64,000 bases of DNA from Paragordius varius. Lineage: Eukaryota > Animalia > Nematomorpha. Made by a program: the position numbers and the translations under genes. Every line of letters starts with the position of its first letter. The first letter of the stretch is position 1. Where the stretch lies: NCBI GenBank assembly GCA_964247055.1, contig OZ176051.1, positions 806,001 through 870,000 of the forward strand, given 5' to 3'. The notes under the pieces are model-generated. The model did not search any database and was not told the origin of the DNA. It saw only the letters and a list, made by a program, of their open reading frames with translations. Positions 1-12,965 of the stretch are shown here, one piece after another.

Positions 1-178
1 GATACTATAAAAATTAATGTATAAAACTAGTCGCATCAATACTCAAGTTAAACTTTGTCCTTAAAAATCGGATATTGGTCACCGGTGAACAAAATTATTT
101 TATTTACATTCTCTTAGTAAGACTACATCAAAATATAGAAATAGTTTGACAAACTCTTTCATATGCGATTTTTACAAC
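1..178. repeat. Representative 178-bp monomer (arbitrary phase)
   Basis: The next gatact starts at 179 and the one after at 357. Most monomers contain ACTAGT (26-31), GGTCACC (77-83) and CACCGGTG (80-87). Confidence 0.97.
143..155. repeat. Interrupted palindrome agtttg-a-caaact; a second one, aagtt-a-aactt, lies at 45-55
   Basis: The arms are exact reverse complements around one central base. A common variant (tttggcaaa) changes only that central base. Confidence 0.85.
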
Positions 179-239
179 GATACTTTAAAAATTAATGTAT
201 TAAACTAGTCGCATCAATACTCAAGCTAAACATTGTCCT

Positions 240-352
240 TAAAAATCGGATATTGGTTACCGGTGAACAAAACTATTTTTTATACATTCTCTTAGTAAGA
301 CTACATCGAAATATAGAGATAGTTTGACAAACTCTTTCATATCCGATTTTTA
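240..352. repeat. 14-bp perfect inverted repeat within each monomer: taaaaatcggatat (240-253) / atatccgattttta (339-352)
   Basis: The two arms are exact reverse complements at monomer positions 62-75 and 161-174. They are 85 bp apart within a monomer and 65 bp apart across the monomer junction. Confidence 0.95.
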
Positions 353-611
353 CAATGATACTTTAAAAATAATGGTATTAAACCAGTCGCATCAATACTC
401 AAGTTAAACTTTGTCCTTAAAAATCGGATATTGGTCACCGGTGAACAAAATTATTTTTTATACATTCTCTTAGTAGGACGACTACATCAAAATATAGAAA
501 TAGTTTGAGAAACTCTTTCATATCCGATTTTTACAACGATACTTTAAAAATTAATGTATTAAACTAGTCGCATCAATACTCAAGTTAAACTTTGTCCTTA
601 AAAATCGGATA

Positions 612-629
612 TTGTTCACCGGTGAACAA
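612..629. repeat. 18-bp palindrome ttgttcaccggtgaacaa (consensus ttggtcaccggtgaacaa has one mismatch)
   Basis: The sequence equals its own reverse complement in the ttgttc variant monomers (starts at 538, 895, 1801, 41964 and others). It sits at monomer positions 75-92, directly adjoining the left arm of the 14-bp inverted repeat. Confidence 0.95.
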
Positions 630-1636
630 AATTATTTTTTATACATTCTCTTAGCAAGACTACATCAAAATATAGAGATAGTTTGACAAACTCTTTCATA
701 TCCGATTTTTACAACGATACTTTAAAAATTAATGTATAAAAGTAGTCGCATCAATACTCAAGTTAAACTTTGTCCTTAAAAATCGGATATTGGTCACCGG
801 TGAACAAAATTATTTTATTTACATTCTCTTGGTAAGACTACATAAATAATAAAAAAATAGTTTGACAAACTCTTTCATATCCGATTTTTACAACGATACT
901 TTAAAAATTAATGTATTAAACTAGTCGCATCAATACTCAAGTTAAACTTTGTCCTTAAAAATCGGATATTGTTCACCGGTGAACAAAATTATTTTTTATA
1001 CATTCTCTTAGTAAGACTACATCAAAATATAGAGATAGTTTGGCAAACTCTTTCATATTCGATTTTTACAACGATACTTTAAAAATTATGGTATTAAACC
1101 AGTCGCATCAAAACTCAAGTTAAACTTTGTCCTTAAAAATCGGATATTGGTCACCGGTGAACAAAATTATTTTATTTACATTCTCTTAGTAAGACTACAT
1201 CAAAATATAGAAATAGTTTGACAAACTCTTTCATATGCGATTTTTACAACGATACTTTAAAAATTAATGTATTAAACTAGTCGCATCAATACTCAAGCTA
1301 AACATTGTCCTTAAAAATCGGATATTGGTTACCGGTGAACAAAACTATTTTTTATACATTCTCTTAGTAAGACTACATCGAAATATAGAGATAGTTTGAC
1401 AAACTCTTTCATATCCGATTTTTACAATGATACTTTAAAAATAATGGTATTAAACCAGTCGCATCAATACTCAAGTTAAACTTTGTCCTTAAAAATCGGA
1501 TATTGGTCACCGGTGAACAAAACTATTTTTTATACATTCTCTTAGTAAGACTACATCAAAATATAGAGATAATTTGACAAACTCTTTCATATCCGATTTT
1601 TACAACGATACTTTAAAAATAAATGTATAAAACTAG

Positions 1637-1649
1637 GCGTATCAATAAA
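1637..1649. repeat. 13-bp internal duplication defining the 191-bp long monomer class (first occurrence)
   Basis: gcgtatcaataaa is inserted before tcgcatcaatact, of which it is a diverged copy. The alleles are tcgtatcaataaa, gcgtatcaataaa and gtctatcaataaa. About 97 of ~353 monomers carry it (manual count). Confidence 0.93.
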
Positions 1650-4600
1650 TCGCATCAATACTCAAGTTAAACTTTGTCCTTAAAAATCGGATATTGGTCA
1701 CCGGTTAACAAAATTATTTTTTATACATTCTCTTAGTAGGACGACTACATCAAAATATAGAAATAGTTTGACAAACTCTTTCATATCCGATTTTTACAAC
1801 GATACTTTAAAAATTAATGTATTAAACTAGTCGCATCAATACTCAAGTTAAACTTTGTCCTTAAAAATCGGATATTGTTCACCGGTGAACAAAATTATTT
1901 TTTATACATTCTCTTAGCAAGACTACATCAAAATATAGAGATAGTTTGACATACTCTTTCATATCCGATTTTTACAACGATACTTTAAAAATTAATGTAT
2001 AAAAGTAGTCGCATCAATACTCAAGTTAAACTTTGTCCTTAAAAATCGGATATTGGTCACCGGTGAACAAAATTATTTTATTTACATTCTCTTGGTAAGA
2101 CTACATAAATAATAAAAAAATAGTTTGACAAACTCTTTCATATCCGATTTTTACAACGATACTTTAAAAATTAATGTATTAAACTAGTCGCATCAATACT
2201 CAAGTTAAACTTTGTCCTTAAAAATCGGATATTGTTCACCGGTGAACAAAATTATTTTTTATACATTCTCTTAGTAAGACTACATCAAAATATAGAGATA
2301 GTTTGGCAAACTCTTTCATATTCGATTTTTACAACGATACTTTAAAAATTATGGTATTAAACCAGTCGCATCAAAACTCAAGTTAAACTTTGTCCTTAAA
2401 AATCGGATATTGGTCATCGGTGAACAAAATTATTTTTTATACATTCTCTTAGTAAGACTACATCAAAATATAGAGATAGTTTGACAAACTCTTTCATATC
2501 CGATTTTTACAACGATACTTTAAAAATTAATATATAAAACTAGTCGCATCAATACTCAAGTTAAACTTTGTCCTTAAAAATCGGATATTGTTCACCGGTG
2601 AACAAAATTATTTTTTATACATTCTCTTAGTAAGACTACATCAAAATATAGAGATAGTTTGGCAAACTCTTTCATATTCGATTTTTACAACGATACTTTA
2701 AAAATTATGGTATTAAACCAGTCGCATCAATACTCAAGTTAAACTTTGTCCTTAAAAATCGGATATTGGTCACCCGTGAACAAAATTATTTTTTATACAT
2801 TCTCTTGGTAAGACTACATCAAAATATGGAGATAGTTTAACAAACTCTTTCATATCCGATTTTTACAACGATACTTTAAAAATTATGGTATTAAACCAGT
2901 CGCATCAAAACTCAAGTTAAACTTTGTCCTTAAAAATCGGATATTGGTCATCGGTGAACAAAATTATTTTTTATACATTCTCTTAGTAAGACTACATCAA
3001 AATATAGAGATAGTTTGACAAACTCTTTCATATCCGATTTTTACAACGATACTTTAAAAATTAATATATAAAACTAGTCGCATCAATACTCAAGTTAAAC
3101 TATGTCCTTAAAAATCGGATATGGGTCACCGGTGAACAAAATTATTTTTTATACATTCTCTTAGTAAGACTACATCAAAATATAGAGATAGTTTGACAAA
3201 CTCTTTCATATCCGATTTTTACAACGATACTTTAAAAATTAATGTGTTAAACTAGTCGCATCAATACTCAAGTTAAACTTTGTCCTTAAAAATCGGATAT
3301 TGGTCACCGGTGAACAAAATTATTTTTTATATATTCTCTTAGTAAGACTACATCAAAATATAGAGATAGTTTGACAAATTCTTTCATATCCGATTTTTAC
3401 AACGATACTTTACAAATTAATGTATTAAACTAGTCGTATCAATAAATCGCATCAATACTCAAGTTAAACTTTTTCCTTAAAAATCGGATATTGGTCACCC
3501 GTGAACAAAATTATTTTTTATTCATTCTCTTAGTAGGACTACATCAAAATATAGAGATAGTTTGGCAAACTCTTTCATATCCGATTTTTACAACGATACT
3601 TTAAAAATTAATGTATAAAACTAGTCGCATCAATACTCAAGTTAAACTTTGTCCTTAAAAATCGGATATTGGTCACCGGTGAACAAAATTATTTTATTTA
3701 CATTCTCTTGGTAAGACTACATCAATAATAAAAAAATAGTTTGACAAACTCTTTCATATCCGATTTTTACAACGATACTTTAAAAATTAATGTATTAAAC
3801 TAGTCGCATCAATACTCAAGTTAAACTTTGTCCTTAAAAATCGGATATTGGTCACCGGTGAACAAAATTATTTTTTATACATTCTCTTAGTAACACTACA
3901 TCAAAATATAGAGATAGTTTGACAAACTCTTTCATATCCGATTTTTACAACGATACTTTAAAAATTAATGTATAAAACTAGTCGCATCAATACTCAAGTT
4001 AACGTTGTCCTTAAAAATCGGATATTGGTCACCGGTGAACAAAATTATTTTTTATACATTCTCTTAGTAAGACTACATCAAAATATAGAGATAGTTTGAC
4101 AAACTCTTTCATATCCGATTTTTACAACGATTCTTTAAAAATTAATATATAAAACTAGTCGCATCAATACTCAAGCTAAACTTTGTCCTTAAAAATCGGA
4201 TATTGGTCACCGGTGAACAAAATTATTTTTTATACATTCTCTTAGTAAGACTACATCAAAATATGGAGATAGTTTGACAAACTCTTTCATATCCGATTTT
4301 TACAACGATACTTTAAAAATTATGGTATTAAACCAGTCGCATCAATACTCAAGTTAAACTTTGTCCTTAAAAATCGGATATTGGTCACCTGTGAACAAAA
4401 TTATTTTTTATACATTCTCTTAGTAAGACTACATCAAAATATAGAGATAGTTTGACAAACTCTTTCATATCCGATTTTTACAACGATACTTTAAAAATTA
4501 ATGTGTTAAACTAGTCGCATCCATACTCAAGTTAAACTTTGTCCTTAAAAATCGGATATTGGTCACCGGTGAACAAAATTATTTTTTATACATTCTCTTA

Positions 4601-5934
4601 GTAAGACTACATCAAAATATAGAGATAGTTTGACAAACTCTTTCATATCCGATTTTTACAACGATACTTTAAAAATTATGGTATTAAACCAGTCGCATCA
4701 ATATTCAAGTTAAACTTTGTCCTTAAAAATCGGATATTGATCACCGGTTAACAAAATTATTTTTTATACATTCTCTTAGTAAGACTACATCAAAATATAG
4801 AGATAGTTTGACAAACTCTTTCATATCCGATTTTTACAACGATACTTTAAAAATTAATGTGTTAAACTAGTCGCATCCATACTCAAGTTAAACTTTGTCC
4901 TTAAAAATCGGATATTGGTCACCGGTGAACAAAATTATTTTTTATACATTCTCTTAGTAAGACTACATCAAAATATAGAGATAATTTGACAAACTCTTTC
5001 ATATCCGATTTTTACAACGATACTTTAAAAATAAATGTATAAAACTAGGTCTATCAATAAATCGCATCAATACTCAAGTTAAACTTTGTCCTTAAAAATC
5101 GGATATTGGTCACCGGTGAACAAAATTATTTTTTATACATTCTCTTAGTAGGACGACTACATCAAAATATAGAGATAATTTGACAAACTCTTTCATATCC
5201 GATTTTTACAACGATACTTTAAAAATTATGGTATTAAACCAGTCGCATCAATATTCAAGTTAAACTTTGTCCTTAAAAATCGGATATTGATCACCGGTGA
5301 ACAAAACTATTTTTTATACATTCTCTTAGTAAGACTACATCAAAATATAGAGATAATTTGACAAACTCTTTCATATCCGATTTTTACAACGATACTTTAA
5401 AAATAAATGTATATAACTAGGCGTATCAATAAATCGCATCAATACTCAAGTTAAACTTTGTCCTTAAAAATCGAATATTGGTCACCGGTGAACAAAATTA
5501 TTTTTTATACATTCTCTTAGGACTACATCAAAATATAGAAATAGTTTGACAAACTCTTTCATATGCGATTTTTACAACGATACTTTAAAAATTAATGTAT
5601 TAAACTAGTCGCATCAATACTCAAGCTAAACATTGTCCTTAAAAATCGGATATTGGTCACCGGTGAACAAAATTATTTTTTATACATTCTCTTAGTAAGA
5701 CTACATCAAAATATAGAGATAGTTTGACAAACTCTTTCATATCCGATTTTTACAACGATACTTTAAAAATTAATGTATAAAACTAGTCGCATCAATACTC
5801 AAGTTAACCTTTGTCCTTAAAAATCGGATATTGGTCACCGGTGAACAAAATTATTTTTTATACATTCTCTTAGTAACACTACATCAAAATATAGAGATAG
5901 TTTGACAAACTCTTTCATATCCGATTTTTACAAC

Positions 5935-7300
5935 GATACTTTAAAAATTAATGTATAAAACTAGTCGCATCAATACTCAAGTTAACCTTTGTCCTTAAAA
6001 ATCGGATATTGGTCACCGGTGAACAAAATTATTTTTTATACATTCTCTTAGTAAGACTACATCAAAATATAGAGATAGTTTGACAAACTCTTTCATATCC
6101 GATTTTTACAACGATACTTTAAAAATTAATGTGTTAAACTAGTCGCATCCATACTCAAGTTAAACTTTGTCCTTAAAAATCGGATTTTGGTCACCGGTGA
6201 ACAAAATTATTTTTTATACATTCTCTTAGTAAGACTACATCAAAATATAGAGATAGTTTGACAAACTCTTTCATATCCGATTTTTACAACGATACTTTAA
6301 AAATTATGGTATTAAACCAGTCGCATCAATATTCAAGTTAAACTTTGTCCTTAAAAATTGGATATTGATCACCGGTGAACAAAACTATTTTTTATACATT
6401 CTCTTAGTAAGACTACATCAAAATATAGAGATAATTTGACAAACTCTTTCATATCCGATTTTTACAACGATACTTTAAAAATAAATGTATAAAACTAGGC
6501 GTATCAATAAATCGCATCAATACTCAAGTTAAACTTTGTCCTTAAAAATCGGATATTGGTCACCGGTGAACAAAATTATTTTTTATACATTCTCTTAGTA
6601 ACACTACATCAAAATATAGAGATAGTTTGACAAACTCTTTCATATCCGATTTTTACAACGATACTTTAAAAATTAATGTATAAAACTAGTCGCATCAATA
6701 CTCAAGTTAACCTTTGTCCTTAAAAATCGGATATTGGTCACCGGTGAACAAAATTATTTTTTATACATTCTCTTAGTAAGACTACATCAAAATATAGAGA
6801 TAGTTTGACAAACTCTTTCATATCCGATTTTTACAACGATACTTTAAAAATTAATGTGTTAAACTAGTCGCATCCATACTCAAGTTAAACTTTGTCCTTA
6901 AAAATCGGATTTTGGTCACCGGTGAACAAAATTATTTTTTATACATTCTCTTAGTAAGACTACATCAAAATATAGAGATAGTTTGACAAACTCTTTCATA
7001 TCCGATTTTTACAACGATACTTTAAAAATTATGGTATTAAACCAGTCGCATCAATATTCAAGTTAAACTTTGTCCTTAAAAATCGGATATTGATCACCGG
7101 TGAACAAAACTATTTTTTATACATTCTCTTAGTAAGACTACATCAAAATATAGAGATAATTTGACAAACTCTTTCATATCCGATTTTTACAACGATACTT
7201 TAAAAATAAATGTATAAAACTAGGCGTATCAATAAATCGCATCAATACTCAAGTTAAACTTTGTCCTTAAAAATCGAATATTGGTCACCGGTGAACAAAA
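5935..7300. repeat. 4-mer higher-order repeat, period 725 bp, about two copies (repeated again at 11709-12965)
   Basis: The ordered alleles gttaacc / tgtgtt+ccat+ggattttgg / aatattc+ttgatc / aggcg+13 start at 5935 and again at 6660. Confidence 0.85.
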
Positions 7301-7931
7301 TTATTTTTTATACATTCTCTTAGGACTACATCAAAATATAGAAATAGTTTGACAAAATCTTTCATATGCGATTTTTACAACGATACTTTAAAAATTAATG
7401 TATTAAACTAGTCGCATCAATACTCAAGCTAAACATTGTCCTTAAAAATCGGATATTGGTCACCGGTGAACAAAACTATTTTTTATACATTCTCTTAGTA
7501 AGACTACATCAAAATATAGAGATAATTTGACAAACTCTTTCATATCCGATTTTTACAACGATACTTTAAAAATAAATGTATAAAACTAGGTCTATCAATA
7601 AATCGCATCAATACTCAAGTTAAACTTTGTCCTTAAAAATCGGATATTGGTCACCGGTGAACAAAATTATTTTTTATACATTCTCTTAGTAGGACGACTA
7701 CATCAAAATATACAGATAGTTTGGCAAACTGTTTCATATCCGATTTTTACAACGATACTTTAAACATTAATGTATAAAACTAGTCGCATCAATACTCAAG
7801 TTAAACTTTGTCCTTAAAAATCGAATATTGGTCACCGGTGAACAAAATTATTTTTTATACATTCTCTTAGTAGGACTACATCAAAATATAGAGATAGTTT
7901 GGCAAACTCTTTCATATCCGATTTTTACAAC

Positions 7932-10900
7932 GATACTATAAAAATTAATGTATAAAACTAGTCGCATCAATACTCAAGTTAAACTTTGTCCTTAAAAATC
8001 GGATATTGGTCACCGGTGAACAAAATTATTTTATTTACATTCTCTTAGTAAGACTACATCAAAATATAGAAATAGTTTGACAAACTCTTTCATATGCGAT
8101 TTTTACAACGATACTTTAAAAATTAATGTATTAAACTAGTCGCATCAATACTCAAGCTAAACATTGTCCTTAAAAATCGGATATTGGTTACCGGTGAACA
8201 AAACTATTTTTTATACATTCTCTTAGTAAGACTACATCGAAATATAGAGATAGTTTGACAAACTCTTTCATATCCGATTTTTACAATGATACTTTAAAAA
8301 TAATGGTATTAAACCAGTCGCATCAATACTCAAGTTAAACTTTGTCCTTAAAAATCGGATATTGGTCACCGGTGAACAAAATTATTTTTTATACATTCTC
8401 TTAGTAGGACGACTACATCAAAATATAGAAAAAGTTTGAGAAACTCTTTCATATCCGATTTTTACAACGATACTTTAAAAATTAATGTATTAAACTAGTC
8501 GCATCAATACTCAAGTTAAACTTTGTCCTTAAAAATCGGATATTGTTCACCGGTGAACAAAATTATTTTTTATACATTCTCTTAGCAAGACTACATCAAA
8601 ATATAGAGATAGTTTGACAAACTCTTTCATATCCGATTTTTACAACGATACTTTAAAAATTAATGTATAAAAGTAGTCGCATCAATACTCAAGTTAAACT
8701 TTGTCCTTAAAAATCGGATATTGGTCACCGGTGAACAAAATTATTTTATTTACATTCTCTTGGTAAGACTACATCAAAATATGGAGATAGTTTAACAAAC
8801 TCTTTCATATCCGATTTTTACAACGATACTTTAAAAATTATGGTATTAAACCAGTCGCATCAAAACTCAAGTTAAACTTTGTCTTTAAAAATCGGATATT
8901 GGTCATCGGTGAACAAAATTATTTTTTATACATTCTCTTAGTAAGACTACATCAAAATATAGAGATAGTTTGACAAACTCTTTCATATCCGATTTTTACA
9001 ACGATACTTTAAAAATTAATATATAAAACTAGTCGCATCAATACTCAAGTTAAACTATGTCCTTAAAAATCGGATATGGGTCACCGGTGAACAAAATTAT
9101 TTTTTATACATTCTCTTAGTAAGACTACATCAAAATATAGAGATAGTTTGACAAACTCTTTCATATCCGATTTTTACAACGATACTTTAAAAATTAATGT
9201 GTTAAACTAGTCGCATCAATACTCAAGTTAAACTTTGTCCTTAAAAATCGGATATTGGTCACCGGTGAACAAAATTATTTTTTATATATTCTCTTAGTAA
9301 GACTACATCAAAATATAGAGATAGTTTGACAAATTCTTTCATATCCGATTTTTACAACGATACTTTACAAATTAATGTATTAAACTAGTCGTATCAATAA
9401 ATCGCATCAATACTCAAGTTAAACTTTTTCCTTAAAAATCGGATATTGGTCACCCGTGAACAAAATTATTTTTTATTCATTCTCTTAGTAGGACTACATC
9501 AAAATATAGAGATAGTTTGGCAAACTCTTTCATATCCGATTTTTACAACGATACTTTAAAAATTAATGTATAAAACTAGTCGCATCAATACTCAAGTTAA
9601 ACTTTGTCCTTAAAAATCGGATATTGGTCACCGGTGAACAAAATTATTTTATTTACATTCTCTTGGTAAGACTACATCAATAATAAAAAAATAGTTTGAC
9701 AAACTCTTTCATATCCGATTTTTACAACGATACTTTAAAAATTAATGTATTAAACTAGTCGCATCAATACTCAAGTTAAACTTTGTCCTTAAAAATCGGA
9801 TATTGGTCACCGGTGAACAAAATTATTTTTTATACATTCTCTTAGTAACACTACATCAAAATATAGAGATAGTTTGACAAACTCTTTCATATCCGATTTT
9901 TACAACGATACTTTAAAAATTAATGTATAAAACTAGTCGCATCAATACTCAAGTTAACGTTGTCCTTAAAAATCGGATATTGGTCACCGGTGAACAAAAT
10001 TATTTTTTATACATTCTCTTAGTAAGACTACATCAAAATATAGAGATAGTTTGACAAACTCTTTCATATCCGATTTTTACAACGATTCTTTAAAAATTAA
10101 TATATAAAACTAGTCGCATCAATACTCAAGCTAAACTTTGTCCTTAAAAATCGGATATTGGTCACCGGTGAACAAAATTATTTTTTATACATTCTCTTAG
10201 TAAGACTACATCAAAATATGGAGATAGTTTGACAAACTCTTTCATATCCGATTTTTACAACGATACTTTAAAAATTATGGTATTAAACCAGTCGCATCAA
10301 TACTCAAGTTAAACTTTGTCCTTAAAAATCGGATATTGGTCACCTGTGAACAAAATTATTTTTTATACATTCTCTTAGTAAGACTACATCAAAATATAGA
10401 GATAGTTTGACAAACTCTTTCATATCCGATTTTTACAACGATACTTTAAAAATTAATGTGTTAAACTAGTCGCATCCATACTCAAGTTAAACTTTGTCCT
10501 TAAAAATCGGATATTGGTCACCGGTGAACAAAATTATTTTTTATACATTCTCTTAGTAAGACTACATCAAAATATAGAGATAGTTTGACAAACTCTTTCA
10601 TATCCGATTTTTACAACGATACTTTAAAAATTATGGTATTAAACCAGTCGCATCAATATTCAAGTTAAACTTTGTCCTTAAAAATCGGATATTGATCACC
10701 GGTGAACAAAATTATTTTTTATACATTCTCTTAGTAAGACTACATCAAAATATAGAGATAGTTTGACAAACTCTTTCATATCCGATTTTTACAACGATAC
10801 TTTAAAAATTAATGTGTTAAACTAGTCGCATCCATACTCAAGTTAAACTTTGTCCTTAAAAATCGGATATTGGTCACCGGTGAACAAAATTATTTTTTAT

Positions 10901-12965
10901 ACATTCTCTTAGTAAGACTACATCAAAATATAGAGATAGTTTGACAAACTCTTTCATATCCGATTTTTACAACGATACTTTAAAAATAAATGTATAAAAC
11001 TAGGCGTATCAATAAATCGCATCAATACTCAAGTTAAACTTTGTCCTTAAAAATCGGATATTGGTCACCGGTGAACAAAATTATTTTTTATACATTCTCT
11101 TAGTAACACTACATCAAAATATAGAGATAGTTTGACAAACTCTTTCATATCCGATTTTTACAACGATACTTTAAAAATAAATGTATATAACTAGGCGTAT
11201 CAATAAATCGCATCAATACTCAAGTTAAACTTTGTCCTTAAAAATCGAATATTGGTCACCGGTGAACAAAATTATTTTTTATACATTCTCTTAGGACTAC
11301 ATCAAAATATAGAAATAGTTTGACAAACTCTTTCATATGCGATTTTTACAACGATACTTTAAAAATTAATGTATTAAACTAGTCGCATCAATACTCAAGC
11401 TAAACATTGTCCTTAAAAATCGGATATTGGTCACCGGTGAACAAAATTATTTTTTATACATTCTCTTAGTAAGACTACATCAAAATATAGAGATAGTTTG
11501 ACAAACTCTTTCATATCCGATTTTTACAACGATACTTTAAAAATTAATGTATAAAACTAGTCGCATCAATACTCAAGTTAACCTTTGTCCTTAAAAATCG
11601 GATATTGGTCACCGGTGAACAAAATTATTTTTTATACATTCTCTTAGTAACACTACATCAAAATATAGAGATAGTTTGACAAACTCTTTCATATCCGATT
11701 TTTACAACGATACTTTAAAAATTAATGTATAAAACTAGTCGCATCAATACTCAAGTTAACCTTTGTCCTTAAAAATCGGATATTGGTCACCGGTGAACAA
11801 AATTATTTTTTTAAACATTCTCTTAGTAAGACTACATCAAAATATAGAGATAGTTTGACAAACTCTTTCATATCCGATTTCAACGATACTTTAAAAATTA
11901 ATGTGTTAAACTAGTCGCATCCATACTCAAGTTAAACTTTGTCCTTAAAAATCGGATTTTGGTCACCGGTGAACAAAATTATTTTTTATACATTCTCTTA
12001 GTAAGACTACATCAAAATATAGAGATAGTTTGACAAACTCTTTCATATCCGATTTTTACAACGATACTTTAAAAATTATGGTATTAAACCAGTCGCATCA
12101 ATATTCAAGTTAAACTTTGTCCTTAAAAATTGGATATTGATCACCGGTGAACAAAACTATTTTTTATACATTCTCTTAGTAAGACTACATCAAAATATAG
12201 AGATAATTTGACAAACTCTTTCATATCCGATTTTTACAACGATACTTTAAAAATAAATGTATAAAACTAGGCGTATCAATAAATCGCATCAATACTCAAG
12301 TTAAACTTTGTCCTTAAAAATCGGATATTGGTCACCGGTGAACAAAATTATTTTTTATACATTCTCTTAGTAACACTACATCAAAATATAGAGATAGTTT
12401 GACAAACTCTTTCATATCCGATTTTTACAACGATACTTTAAAAATTAATGTATAAAACTAGTCGCATCAATACTCAAGTTAACCTTTGTCCTTAAAAATC
12501 GGATATTGGTCACCGGTGAACAAAATTATTTTTTATACATTCTCTTAGTAAGACTACATCAAAATATAGAGATAGTTTGACAAACTCTTTCATATCCGAT
12601 TTTTACAACGATACTTTAAAAATTAATGTGTTAAACTAGTCGCATCCATACTCAAGTTAAACTTTGTCCTTAAAAATCGGATTTTGGTCACCGGTGAACA
12701 AAATTATTTTTTATACATTCTCTTAGTAAGACTACATCAAAATATAGAGATAGTTTGACAAACTCTTTCATATCCGATTTTTACAACGATACTTTAAAAA
12801 TTATGGTATTAAACCAGTCGCATCAATATTCAAGTTAAACTTTGTCCTTAAAAATCGGATATTGATCACCGGTGAACAAAACTATTTTTTATACATTCTC
12901 TTAGTAAGACTACATCAAAATATAGAGATAATTTGACAAACTCTTTCATATCCGATTTTTACAAC
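7932..12965. repeat. Large block duplication of 1-7193 with internal deletions (offsets 7931, 5955, ~5774)
   Basis: Private alleles recur in the same order: tttgaga, aaagtag, actatgtcc+atatggg, tttacaaatt, ttttcc+tattcatt, gttaacgttg, cacctgtg and tatataactagg. 7932-8760 matches 1-830, 8761-10795 matches 2806-4840, and 11165-12965 matches 5391-7193. Confidence 0.9.

Noticed and set aside
26-31. ACTAGT lying near the symmetry axis of the inter-monomer inverted-repeat pair
   Set aside because: The axis is off by half a base and the symmetry does not extend between the 6-mer and the arms, so it is probably coincidence.
1-178. Identity with Arabidopsis CEN178, primate alpha satellite or the Trypanosoma brucei 177-bp repeat
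   Set aside because: Only the length is similar. From memory the sequence resembles none of them, and it lacks the HindIII AAGCTT site typical of CEN178. No database search was run.
1-178. CENP-B box
   Set aside because: I found no match to the YTTCGTTGGAARCGGGA pattern on either strand of the consensus.
1-178. Helically phased A-tracts (intrinsic curvature)
   Set aside because: A/T tracts are frequent (starts ~9, 23, 50, 63, 91, 98, 130, 151, 169), but the spacings are irregular and not a clear 10-11 bp phase. A curvature calculation would be needed.
11709-11884. Singleton small indels (for example tttttttaaac and gatttcaac here, also at 15890 and 33727)
   Set aside because: They are single occurrences in or next to homopolymers and absent from the duplicate blocks, so they cannot be told apart from sequencing or consensus error.
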